Numbered from the stretch's first letter, positions 9,198 to 17,936 are shown. The stretch: 64,000 nucleotides of DNA from Thermoanaerobaculum sp. (GCA_021154885.1 JAJKHS010000041.1:66441-130440); one strand, 5' to 3'. A program made the numbers and translations. Notes: a model not told the origin generated them from the letters alone.

Positions 9198-10463
9198 ATG
9201 GCGACCTACCACCTGGATTGCAGCAGCGGTATCGCCGGCGACATGTTCCTCGGCGCCTGTCTCGACCTGGGGATGCCCCTCGACCTGCTCTCCGAAGTCG
9301 TGGCCCGCCTGGGCCTGCCGGGAGTCGCGGTCGAGAGCCGCAAGGCCTCCCGGGGCGGCTTCGTGGGGACCCGCTTTCGTGTCCTGGTGGACGGCCGGCC
9401 GCTCGAGGGGCCGGACCCGGAGGAGCACGATCACGATCATCACCATCATCACGGACATGAGCACGGACATGAGCATGGACATGACCACGGACACAACCGG
9501 GGGCTGACAGAGATCCGCGGGCTGATCGGGCGTAGCGCGCTCTCCCCGGTAGTGAAGGATCGGGCCGTGCGCCTGTTCCAGCGGTTGGGGGAGGCCGAGG
9601 CCAGGGCGCACGGCATGCCCCTGGAGCACGTCCACTTCCACGAGGTGGGGGCAATCGACTCGATCGTCGACCTGGTGGGAGCCGCGGCGGCGGTCGAGCA
9701 CCTGGCTCCGGAGCGGATCACCTGCGGCCCGGTGAACGTCGGCAGCGGCCGGGTGAGGATGGCCCACGGCGAGGTGCCCATCCCGGCACCGGCCACGGCC
9801 GAGCTGCTGCGCGGCGCGCCCATCTTCGGCGGCCCGGGCGGGGAGCTGACGACGCCCACCGGCGCCGTGCTCCTGGCCGAGCTGGTGACGGACTATGTGG
9901 ACCTGCCGGCCATGGTCCTGGACGGCACGGGCTACGGACTGGGGAAGAAGGACCTGCCGCACCAGCCCAATGCCCTGCGCCTCCTCCAGGGAAGGGCGGC
10001 GGCGGAGCGCGCGGAGGTCATGCGCTCCGAGGTCATGATCATGGAGGCCGAGATCGACGACCTGCCGGGGGAGGGCTTTGGCTTTCTCATGGAGCGCCTG
10101 CTGGCGGCCGGGGCCCTGGACGTCTACTTCACATCGGTTCAGATGAAGAAGAACCGGCCGGGCACCCTGGTGACCCTCCTCTGCCGGCGGCCGCAGCTCG
10201 ACGAGCTGGCGGGCGTCCTCCTCACCGAGTCCGGCTCCCTGGGCTGCCGCTACCACGCGGCGGCCCGCCTGGAGGCGGAGCGGGAAATACTGGAGGTCCA
10301 GACCACGTTCGGAATCGTGCGGGTGAAGCGAGCCCGGCTCGCCGGCCGGCCCCTCGCCGCCGCCCCCGAATTCGAAGACTGCCGGCGTCTGGCCCTGGCG
10401 AGCGGCGTGCCCTGGCGGGACGTCTACCGCGCCGCCCTGGCAGCGGCCGGCGCGCCTGGATAG
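9198..10463 (+). CDS. larC: LarC-family nickel insertion protein (DUF111), with a His-rich insert
   Basis: The N-terminus is LDCSSGIAGDMFLGA. The His-rich tract is HDHDHHHHHGHEHGHEHGHDHGH. Length is 421 aa. Confidence 0.8.
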   Translation: MATYHLDCSSGIAGDMFLGACLDLGMPLDLLSEVVARLGLPGVAVESRKASRGGFVGTRFRVLVDGRPLEGPDPEEHDHDHHHHHGHEHGHEHGHDHGHNRGLTEIRGLIGRSALSPVVKDRAVRLFQRLGEAEARAHGMPLEHVHFHEVGAIDSIVDLVGAAAAVEHLAPERITCGPVNVGSGRVRMAHGEVPIPAPATAELLRGAPIFGGPGGELTTPTGAVLLAELVTDYVDLPAMVLDGTGYGLGKKDLPHQPNALRLLQGRAAAERAEVMRSEVMIMEAEIDDLPGEGFGFLMERLLAAGALDVYFTSVQMKKNRPGTLVTLLCRRPQLDELAGVLLTESGSLGCRYHAAARLEAEREILEVQTTFGIVRVKRARLAGRPLAAAPEFEDCRRLALASGVPWRDVYRAALAAAGAPG

Positions 10464-10490
10464 CCAAGCTCCCGACTGGAGAAACACACC

Positions 10491-11372
10491 TTGAGTGAAA
10501 TGGCAACCTCCGCCCAGGGGCGGCTGGAGCTCGGCATGGCCGGCGACGGCGCCTTCCGCTGGGCGGTCGTGGATCTGACCGACATCGTGCAGGAGGCGCG
10601 GGACCGCCGCGACCTGGGCCCGGTGTCGACGGCGGCCCTGGGCCGCTGCATGGCCGGCGCCGCCCTGCTGCTGCGCCTGGCGACGAAGACCCCCAGCCGC
10701 CTCGCCGTGGAGGTGCGCGGCGACGGTCCCATCCTGCGGGTGCTGGCCGAGGCCGACAAGGAAGGCAATCTGCGCGGTCTGGTGGGCGAGCCGCGGGTGG
10801 ACGTGCCGCACCTGCCCAACACCAAGCTCGCCGTCGGCCACGCGGTGGGGAAAGGCTATCTGCGCATCCTGCGCGAGTACGAGGGACGCCGCGGCTACCA
10901 CAGCCAGGTCGAGCTGGTGACCGGCGAGATCGGCGACGACCTCGCCCACTACCTCGAGCAGAGCGAGCAGATCCGTTCGGCCGTGCTGCTGGGCGTCCTC
11001 GGCAAGCCCCAGGGTGTCGCGGCGGCCGGCGGCATGATCGTCGAGGTCCTCCCCGACGCGCCGGAGGAGGCCATCGCCCGGCTGGAGGAGAACATCGCCG
11101 GCATCCGGGGAGTGAGCGAGCTGCTGGAGACCGGCGGCATCCCTCACGTGGTGGAGACGGTCCTCGCCGGGCTCGACCGCGAGCTGAAGGAGACCGCTCC
11201 CCTGCGGTACGGTTGCCGGTGCAGCCGCGAGAAGCTGCTCCATCACCTGGTGCTCCTCACGGACGACGACCGCGACTACCTGCGACGCGAGGACGGCACT
11301 ATCGACGCCGACTGCGTCTTCTGCGGCGAGCATTACGTATACACGCCCGAGGAGCTGGCCCCGCAAGGTTGA
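10491..11372 (+). CDS. hslO: Redox-regulated chaperone Hsp33
   Basis: The C-terminal zinc centre is CRCSREK...CVFCGEHY. Length is 293 aa. Confidence 0.9.
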   Translation: MSEMATSAQGRLELGMAGDGAFRWAVVDLTDIVQEARDRRDLGPVSTAALGRCMAGAALLLRLATKTPSRLAVEVRGDGPILRVLAEADKEGNLRGLVGEPRVDVPHLPNTKLAVGHAVGKGYLRILREYEGRRGYHSQVELVTGEIGDDLAHYLEQSEQIRSAVLLGVLGKPQGVAAAGGMIVEVLPDAPEEAIARLEENIAGIRGVSELLETGGIPHVVETVLAGLDRELKETAPLRYGCRCSREKLLHHLVLLTDDDRDYLRREDGTIDADCVFCGEHYVYTPEELAPQG

Positions 11373-11399
11373 GCTCCAGAGATAGGCGCTAACTTAGCC

Positions 11400-11600
11400 T
11401 CGGACCGCCCCCCGCCCCGAAGCCCTCACCCCTGTCCCCTCTCCCGCCCCCTCGCCACCCCCCTCCCCGGGAGAGGGGGACCCGGTTGGAGCGCTCTTGC
11501 TGGTCTCCCTCTTCTCCCGGTGAGGGGGGTTGGGAGGGGGCGGGAGAAGAGGGCCGGGGTGATGAGGGTCTTGGGCGGGGGCGCTCGGAGGTAAGGTCAA
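11400..11600. repeat. Long imperfect inverted repeat with C-rich and G-rich arms (each about 60 bp) in the hslO-metG intergenic region
   Basis: One arm is ccgccccgaagccctcacccctgtcccctctcccgccccctcgccacccccctcccc. The opposing arm is ggtgaggggggttgggagggggcgggagaagagggccggggtgatgagggtcttgggcggggg. The central palindrome is cccctccccgggagaggggg. Confidence 0.5.
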
Positions 11601-11653
11601 CGCCTATGGGGTTGATCCCCGAGGCATGAGCGCCTGATACAATCGCCCGCTCC

Positions 11654-13573
11654 ATGAGCTCCTTCTATCTCACCACCCCGATCTACTACGTCAACGGCCC
11701 GCCTCACCTCGGGCACATGTACACCACCATCGTGGGCGACACCCTCGTGCGCTACCGGCGCATGGCGGGCGACGCGACCTACTTCCTCACCGGCACCGAC
11801 GAGCACGGCCAGAACATCGAGCGGGCGGCCCACAAGGAGGGGATCGAGCCCATCGAGCTCGCCGACCGCATCGTGGCCGAGTATGTCCGCCTGCGCGGCC
11901 GGCTGGGCTTCTCCTACGACGACTTCATCCGCACCACCGAGGAGCGCCACCGCTGGGGAGTCGAGGAGATCATCCGCCGCATCGAGGCCGCCGGCGACCT
12001 CTACACGGCTGTCCACGAGGGGTGGTACTGCTCGCCCTGCGAGACCTTCTACACCGAGAAGGAGCTGGGACCAGGGAAGACCTGCCCGGTGCACGGCACG
12101 CCGGTGGAGTGGAAGTCGGAGGAGAACGTCTTTTTCCGGCTCTCCAAGTACCAGCAGCCGCTGCTTGACCTCTACCGGCAGCACCCCGATTTCGTCCGTC
12201 CGGCCACGCGCCTGAACGAGGTGCGCTCGTTCGTGGAGTCGGGGCTGCGCGACCTCTCCGTCTCGCGGGCCAGCGTGGAGTGGGGGATCCCGTTCCCCGG
12301 CCGGCCCGGACAGACGGTCTACGTCTGGCTCGACGCCCTCATCAACTACGTCAGCGCCTTAGGCTTCGGCGGCCCCTCGACCGCCCTCTACGAGCGCTTC
12401 TGGGAGCGCGGCGACACCCGCCTCCACCTGGTGGGCAAGGACATCCTCCGCCACCACGCCGTCTACTGGCCGGCCTTCCTGCTCTCCGCCGGCCTGCCGC
12501 TTCCCACCAGGGTGTGGGCTCACGGCTGGTGGCACCGGGACGGCCGCAAGATGTCCAAGTCGCAGGGCAACGTCGTCCGCCCCGACGACCTCGTCGACCG
12601 CTTCGGCGCCGACGCCGTGCGCTATTTCCTGCTGCGGGAGATGGTCTTCGGCCAGGACGCGAGCTTCTCGGACGAGGCGTTCATCGACCGCTACAACAGC
12701 GACCTGGCGAACGACCTGGGCAACACCGTCTCCCGCGTCGTGACCCTGGCGCGCAAGGCCTTCGACGGCAGGACGCCGCCGGAACGCTGCGAAGACAACC
12801 TGCTGATCGCTGTGGCCCGGCAGACCGCCGCCGACTATCGCGCGGCCATGGAGGAGCTCGCCTTCAGCCGCGCCCTGGAGGCCCTCTGGCGGCTGCTGGC
12901 CGAGGCCAACCAGTATCTGGTGGTCCGGGAGCCGTGGAAGCTGATCAAGACCGAGGGAGCGACGGAGCAACTGTCGCGGGTGCTGTGGAACGGCCTCGAA
13001 GCCGTACGGATCGTCGCCACCGGCCTCCTCCCCTTCATGCCGCGGGTGGCCGCCGAGGTCCTGGCGGCGGTGGGCTCGGCCGAGCCGCCCGCCAGCCTCG
13101 ACGCCCTGGCCTGGGGCGGCACGCCCACTAACGCCGAGCTGCCCGAGCCCAAGCCACTGTTCCCGCGCATCGACAAGGAGGCCTACCTCGCCGAGGGAAA
13201 GGCTTCGGAGAAAGAGACGACCATGGAGACCGCCGCCCCCGAGACGTCCCGCATCTCGATCGATCAGTTTTTCCAGGCCGAGCTCAAGGTGGCCACGGTC
13301 CTGGCCGCCGAGCCCGTGCCGAAGTCCAACAAGTTGCTGAAGCTCTCTGTGGACGTGGGAGAGGGGACGCCGCGCACCCTCGTCGCCGGCATCGCCTTGG
13401 CCTACCGGCCGGAGGAGCTGGTGGGCAAGCAGGTGGTGGTGGTGGCCAACCTCCAGCCGGCCAAGCTGATGGGGGTCGAATCGAACGGCATGGTCCTGGC
13501 CGCCTCCCTGGACGGCAAGCCGGTGCTGCTGCATCCGGCGGCCCCGGTGCCCAACGGTACGCGAGTGAAGTGA
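11654..13573 (+). CDS. metG: Methionyl-tRNA synthetase with C-terminal tRNA-binding (EMAP-like) domain
   Basis: The HIGH motif occurs as PHLGHMYT. The KMSKS motif occurs as KMSKSQGN. The C-terminal domain has an OB fold (FQAELKVATV...). Confidence 0.95.
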   Translation: MSSFYLTTPIYYVNGPPHLGHMYTTIVGDTLVRYRRMAGDATYFLTGTDEHGQNIERAAHKEGIEPIELADRIVAEYVRLRGRLGFSYDDFIRTTEERHRWGVEEIIRRIEAAGDLYTAVHEGWYCSPCETFYTEKELGPGKTCPVHGTPVEWKSEENVFFRLSKYQQPLLDLYRQHPDFVRPATRLNEVRSFVESGLRDLSVSRASVEWGIPFPGRPGQTVYVWLDALINYVSALGFGGPSTALYERFWERGDTRLHLVGKDILRHHAVYWPAFLLSAGLPLPTRVWAHGWWHRDGRKMSKSQGNVVRPDDLVDRFGADAVRYFLLREMVFGQDASFSDEAFIDRYNSDLANDLGNTVSRVVTLARKAFDGRTPPERCEDNLLIAVARQTAADYRAAMEELAFSRALEALWRLLAEANQYLVVREPWKLIKTEGATEQLSRVLWNGLEAVRIVATGLLPFMPRVAAEVLAAVGSAEPPASLDALAWGGTPTNAELPEPKPLFPRIDKEAYLAEGKASEKETTMETAAPETSRISIDQFFQAELKVATVLAAEPVPKSNKLLKLSVDVGEGTPRTLVAGIALAYRPEELVGKQVVVVANLQPAKLMGVESNGMVLAASLDGKPVLLHPAAPVPNGTRVK

Positions 13574-14394
13574 GCGATCTCTCCGGCCCCATCGACTCGC
13601 ACTGCCACCTCCAGAACCTGCCGCCCGACGAGCGCGAACGCGCCCTCGACGCGGCCCGGGAGCGGGGAGTGCGGGGGTTCCTCGTCCCCGCCACGAAGCT
13701 GAACGAGGCGGAGGAGATCCTCGCCTTCTGCCACCGCCACGCAGACGTCTGGTGCGCCCTGGGCACCCATCCCCACGACGCCTCGTCCTGGCAGGACGGC
13801 GACGTGGATCGTCTCCGCTCCTTCCTTGCCGATCCCAAGGCCGTGGCGGTGGGGGAGTGCGGCCTCGACTTCTACTACGACTACTCTCCACGGGAGGCTC
13901 AGCTCAGGGCGCTACGCGAGCAGTGGGAGCTGGCGATCGATCTCGGCCTTCCTGTGGTGGTCCACAACCGCGACAGCAATGAGGAGATGCTGGACGTCGT
14001 CCGCGAAGACGCCTTCCACGAGCTCCAGGCCGATTTCCACTCCTTCGCGGGCGGGCTCGCCATGGGCCGGGAGCTGATCGAGCGCGGCTTCTATCTGGGC
14101 CTCTCGGGAATGATCACGTTCCCGAAGGCCGACAACGTCCGGGAGGTGATCCCCATCCTGCCGCCGGATCGCTGTCTGGTGGAGACCGACACGCCGTACC
14201 TCGCGCCGGTGCCCTATCGCGGCAAACCCAACTGCCCCGCCTACGTGGTGGAGATCGCGGAGCGGCTGGCCCGGGAGATGGGGGAAAGCTTCAAAGAGGT
14301 CTGCCGGCGGACGGGGGAGAATTTCTACAAGCTGTTTTGGAAGGCCAAGTCGCGCCGCATCCTGGGGCAGAAGGCCCAGACTGCATACCAATGA
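13570..14394 (+). CDS. tatD: TatD-family metal-dependent hydrolase (DNase)
   Basis: DSHCHL begins the protein. The gene is 4-nt coupled to metG, matching the usual metG-tatD synteny. Confidence 0.9.
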   Translation: MSDLSGPIDSHCHLQNLPPDERERALDAARERGVRGFLVPATKLNEAEEILAFCHRHADVWCALGTHPHDASSWQDGDVDRLRSFLADPKAVAVGECGLDFYYDYSPREAQLRALREQWELAIDLGLPVVVHNRDSNEEMLDVVREDAFHELQADFHSFAGGLAMGRELIERGFYLGLSGMITFPKADNVREVIPILPPDRCLVETDTPYLAPVPYRGKPNCPAYVVEIAERLAREMGESFKEVCRRTGENFYKLFWKAKSRRILGQKAQTAYQ

Positions 14395-14445
14395 CGCTCC
14401 CAGGAATATACAAGAGCGGGTCACATTTTATGCTATCCTCGCCCT

Positions 14446-14658
14446 ATGCGACGCACATCTCTGGAGATCGACGAGGAGCGGCTCGCTCGTGCCCAGCGGG
14501 CGCTGGGCACGACGGGGATCAAGGAAACCATCGATCGGGCCCTGGATGAAGTCGTCCGCGCCGATCTGCGTCGCCGTCTTGCCAAGCGCGTCCGATCAGG
14601 CAAGGGGATTGACCGCGGCGACGAGGTGCTCGAGGCCAGCCGCCGGTGGCAGCGTTGA
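14446..14658 (+). CDS. vapB: VapB-type antitoxin
   Basis: Length is 70 aa. It overlaps the downstream PIN gene by 13 nt. Confidence 0.55.
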   Translation: MRRTSLEIDEERLARAQRALGTTGIKETIDRALDEVVRADLRRRLAKRVRSGKGIDRGDEVLEASRRWQR

Positions 14659-15071
14659 CTCTCTACCTCGCCGACACCAGCGCCTGGCACCGCGCAAAGC
14701 ATCCCGCGATTGCGGCGGCTTGGGAGCAACGGCTGGCGAGCGATATTCTTGCCACTTGCACGCAGGTCCGCCTGGAGATCCTGTACTCCGCCCGCAGCGC
14801 CGCCGACTACGAGCAGCTCAGCGCCGAGCTCCTCGCTCTCCATCAGCTTCCGTGCGGCGCGGATCAGTTCGAGCGAGCCCTCGAGGTTCAGCACAGGCTG
14901 GCCAGGCGAGGCGGGCTCCACCATCGCAGCGTCAAAATCCCTGATCTCCTCATCGCTGCCACCGCCGAGGTGGCGGGGGCGGTCCTCTGGCATTACGACG
15001 AGGACTACGATCGGATTGCCCAAATCACTGGGCAGCACGTGGAGTGGATTGCCCCTCGCGGATCTCTCTAA
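14646..15071 (+). CDS. vapC: PIN-domain toxin VapC (GTG start)
   Basis: The sequence begins LYLADTSAW. A later conserved acidic residue lies in the ...LWHYDEDYDRIA region. Confidence 0.75.
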   Translation: MAALTLYLADTSAWHRAKHPAIAAAWEQRLASDILATCTQVRLEILYSARSAADYEQLSAELLALHQLPCGADQFERALEVQHRLARRGGLHHRSVKIPDLLIAATAEVAGAVLWHYDEDYDRIAQITGQHVEWIAPRGSL

Positions 15072-15193
15072 GCATCCTCCGCTCTCAAGAATTTCTTCCG
15101 CCTGTTCCGCAAGGCGAGATCCCCAGTGGGATGAGGGGAAAAGCAGCGCTGGAGCGTTCTCCTTCCGTCGTGCTCAAAGAAAGGAGACAGCCG

Positions 15194-15409
15194 ATGAACA
15201 AAGCCCTCCGCCTCGCCCTCCTGCTCTCCCTGACCGCCCTCGCTTCGTGGACCTCTACCCCTAAGGCCGCTTACGCCCTGCCGACTTGCAACAACCTTCA
15301 AGGCTTCCACTGTTTCCCGCCCAGATCCATTCAGTGCAATTGGATCGGTGGGGGCGGGGCCGGATTCTGTACCTGCGATTCCGAAACTTCCACATGGGAT
15401 TGCTTCTGA
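15194..15409 (+). CDS. Small secreted cysteine-rich peptide (72-aa precursor, roughly 44-aa mature, 6 Cys)
   Basis: An AAGGAGA ribosome-binding site lies 7 nt upstream of the ATG. The Sec-type signal is MNKALRLALLLSLTALASWTSTPKAAYA. The mature part is LPTCNNLQGFHCFPPRSIQCNWIGGGGAGFCTCDSETSTWDCF. Confidence 0.5.
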   Translation: MNKALRLALLLSLTALASWTSTPKAAYALPTCNNLQGFHCFPPRSIQCNWIGGGGAGFCTCDSETSTWDCF

Positions 15410-15581
15410 GCCTGCTCCGGAGCTCCCTCCAGGTCCTCACGGTTTTGGGGGGAGCCGTTCACGCCGGATGGTGCCCACCACGTCGTCCTCGGCTTGACTT
15501 AGTCCGCGGCTGAGTCCACTGTTCGCGCATGCATGAGGTCAACGTCCACGAAGCGCCAAGACCCACCTTTCGCGGCTGCTG

Positions 15582-15760
15582 ATGCGCGTGGCACAGGGCG
15601 AAGAGATCGTCATCGCGCGAGCCGGCAAGCCCATCGTCCGCCTCGTCCCGGTCGAGCCGAAACCGCGCCGGATCCTGGGACAGGATGAAGGACTTTTTGA
15701 AGTTCCTGACGACTTCGATGCCCCTCTGCCGACGGACCTGCAAGCCTACTTCGAGACGTG
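15582..15760 (+). pseudogene. Truncated Phd/YefM-type antitoxin remnant (N-terminus lost; in-frame stop at 15534)
   Basis: The remaining sequence is ...SAKTHLSRLLMRVAQGEEIVIARAGKPIVRLVPVEPKPRRILGQDEGLFEVPDDFDAPLP. This matches the conserved Phd/YefM core and the C-terminal FD-APLP motif. Confidence 0.5.
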
Positions 15761-15843
15761 AGAATCCTGCTCCTCGACGCCGGGCACGGGATTGGACTCG
15801 CGAGACGCCAGACTCGCGAGTCAAGTTCTCCGGAACTCGGATG
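15757..15843 (+). pseudogene. N-terminal fragment of a PIN toxin (VRILLLDAGHG...), truncated after about 28 codons
   Basis: A GTG overlaps the Phd stop. A PIN-like start ILLLDAG is followed by a stop. Confidence 0.3.
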
Positions 15844-15912
15844 AGGTCGTCAGGCGGCTCATCGGTCATGTCCGACGGGAGATCTGTCGTGTCCGATCTC
15901 CCATCTACCACG

Positions 15913-16370
15913 TCCGGTGAGTCATGGGGCACGCCCGGCGTCTCGTCGGGCACGCCCGGCGTCTCGTCTGCCCTGTCCGCTGTGAGATCTTCCCTGCCCG
16001 ACCTTCCACCTGCCCTGTCCGGTGAGTCCTCGGGCACGTCCTGCGTCTCGTCGGGCACGCCCGGCGTCTCGCCTGCCCTGTCCGCTGTGAGACCTTCCCT
16101 GCCCGACCTTCCACCTGCCCTGTCCGGTGAGCCCTCGGGCACGTCTTGCGTCTCGTCGGGCACGCCCGGCGTCTCGTCTGCCCTGTCCGCTGTGAGACCT
16201 TCCCTGCCCGACCTTCCACCTGCCACGTCCGGTGAGTCCTCGGGCACGTCCTGCGTCTCGTCGGGCACGCCCGGCGTCTCGTCTGCCCTGTCCGCTGTGA
16301 GACCTTCCCTGCCCGACCTTCCACCTGCCCTGTCCGGTGAGCCATCGGGCACGTCCTGCGTCACGAGCGC
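15913..16370. repeat. Tandem direct repeat, period 105 bp, about 4.3 copies at more than 90% identity
   Basis: The unit tccggtgag(t/c)c(c/a)tcgggcacgtcctgcgtctcgtcgggcacgcccggcgtctcgtctgccctgtccgctgtgagaccttccctgcccgaccttccacctgccctg repeats at 15913, 16018, 16123, 16228 and 16333. The period is a multiple of 3, and both strands are open across it. Confidence 0.85.
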
Positions 16371-16384
16371 AGTATGATGCACGG

Positions 16385-16600
16385 ATGGTGATCGACCCGC
16401 GGAATCTCGAAGTCGTGGACGACGAGATGGCGCAGGTCTTCCGTGCCATGACCGGAGCCCAGCGCCTGAAGATCGCAAGCGACCTCTTCCGGTCCGCCCG
16501 GGGCATGATCGCCAGCCAGCTCACCGCCGAGCACCCGGACTGGGATGAGCGGCGCCTTCAGGAAGAAGTGGCGAGGAGAATCTCCCATGGAGCAGTCTGA
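16385..16600 (+). CDS. Small hypothetical protein (71 aa), upstream partner of a nucleotidyltransferase
   Basis: It overlaps the downstream gene by 14 nt. There is no recognisable domain. Confidence 0.4.
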   Translation: MVIDPRNLEVVDDEMAQVFRAMTGAQRLKIASDLFRSARGMIASQLTAEHPDWDERRLQEEVARRISHGAV

Positions 16601-17147
16601 GCTGCTCCACTTCGTCGTCGACGCTCTTGAGAGGATCGGCCTGCGGTACTTCGTGACCGGGTCGATGGCCACCATCTTCTTCGGCGAGCCCCGCTTCACC
16701 AACGACATCGACGTCGTCGTGGACCTTCCCGCGGACAAGATCGCTCAGCTCTGCGCGGCCTTTCCGTCGCCGGACTTCTATCTGAGCGAGGAGACGGTCC
16801 GCCGGGCGGTTTCGCGGCGGGGGCAGTTCAACGTTATCCACCCGTCCTCCGGCCTCAAGGTGGACATGATGGTTCCAGCCGACTCACCCTTCAACCGGAG
16901 CCGCTTCGCGAGAGCGAAGAAGATCAGGCCGTCGCCTGATTTCGATGCGACCTTCTCCTCGGCCGAGGACGTCATCCTCAAGAAGATGGAGGCCTACCGC
17001 GAGGGCGGCTCCGAGAAACACCTGCGCGACATCGCAGGCGTCCTGAAGATCAGCGGCGCACACATTGACCGCGGCTATCTTGAGGCTTGGGCGGACCGGC
17101 TGGGAATCGCGGAGATCTGGCGGGAGATCCTGAAGCGGGAGGGATAG
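16587..17147 (+). CDS. Nucleotidyltransferase-fold protein (Pol-beta superfamily)
   Basis: The GS...DID signature occurs as GSMATIFFGEPRFTNDIDVVVD. Length is 186 aa. Confidence 0.6.
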   Translation: MEQSELLHFVVDALERIGLRYFVTGSMATIFFGEPRFTNDIDVVVDLPADKIAQLCAAFPSPDFYLSEETVRRAVSRRGQFNVIHPSSGLKVDMMVPADSPFNRSRFARAKKIRPSPDFDATFSSAEDVILKKMEAYREGGSEKHLRDIAGVLKISGAHIDRGYLEAWADRLGIAEIWREILKREG

Positions 17148-17161
17148 GGCGGCTGATTTGT

Positions 17162-17923
17162 CTACACCGGGTTCGGCACGTCGATGAACTCGGCCTCGAT
17201 GCCGAACTTCTCCGCCAGATGCTCGCCCAGGGCGCGGACGCCCAGCCTCTCGGTCGCGTAGTGGCCGGCGGCGAGGTAGTGGACCCCGGCCTCGCGGGCC
17301 ACGTTCATGATCCACTCGGAGACCTCGCCCGTAATGTAGGCGTCCAGTCCGTCCTCGATGGCGTCGTAGAACTCCCGCTGGGCGCCGCCGCTGATGATGC
17401 CCAGCGACTGGAGGGGATCGGGGCCGGCGAGGAAGGCGAGCGGCTCCTGACCGTAGATCCGCCGGCAGCGGTGCAGCAGCTCCGCCGCGGCGATGGGCTC
17501 CGGGAAGCGCCCCTTGAAGCCGACCGGCAGCCCCTCGTGCAGGCCGAAGGGCTCGAGGTCCGTGAGGCCGAAGGCGCGGCCGGCCACGACGTTGTTCCCC
17601 AGGTCGGCGTGCCGGTCCAGCGGAAGGTGGTAGGCGATCAGGCTCATCTCCCCCCGGATCAGCTCGGAGACGCGGCGGAACTGGAACCCGGTCAACGTCC
17701 GCGGCATCCCCTCCCAGAACAGCCCGTGGTGCACGAGCACGGCGTCCGCCCCGGCCTCGCGGGCGCGGACGAACAGCTCGTGGCAGGCCGAGACGCCGGT
17801 GACGACCTTGCGGATTTCGTCCTTCCCCTCCACCTGGAGACCGTTGGGGCCGTAGTCCCGCCCCCGGGATGCGTCGAGGTACTGGTCGAGATAGGCGACG
17901 AGGTCATGGCGGCGAATGGGCAT
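17162..17923 (-). CDS. Nif3-family dinuclear metal centre protein (YqfO/YbgI-like)
   Basis: Length is 253 aa. The N-terminus ...YGPNGLQVEG and the C-terminal AGHYATE motif are typical of Nif3. Confidence 0.8.
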   Translation of the reverse strand: MPIRRHDLVAYLDQYLDASRGRDYGPNGLQVEGKDEIRKVVTGVSACHELFVRAREAGADAVLVHHGLFWEGMPRTLTGFQFRRVSELIRGEMSLIAYHLPLDRHADLGNNVVAGRAFGLTDLEPFGLHEGLPVGFKGRFPEPIAAAELLHRCRRIYGQEPLAFLAGPDPLQSLGIISGGAQREFYDAIEDGLDAYITGEVSEWIMNVAREAGVHYLAAGHYATERLGVRALGEHLAEKFGIEAEFIDVPNPV

Positions 17924-17936
17924 GGTGCGAGTCTAT

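Noticed and set aside
9006-11366. 786-aa minus-strand ORF
   Set aside because: It is antisense across larC and hslO, both of which have clear motifs. It is an artefact.
12359-13891. 510-aa minus-strand ORF
   Set aside because: It is antisense to metG and tatD.
15913-16370. Possibility that the 105-bp tandem array is a CRISPR array
   Set aside because: The units are contiguous with no unique spacers. The period is too long, and the repeats are not short and partially palindromic. No cas genes are nearby.
15459-16478. 339-aa minus-strand ORF and 230-aa plus-strand ORF spanning the tandem repeat as confident CDS calls
   Set aside because: Both are held open by the stop-free repeat. They overlap the Phd remnant or neighbouring genes. 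There is no ribosome-binding site or domain evidence, so they are kept as an open question in the findings rather than as features.
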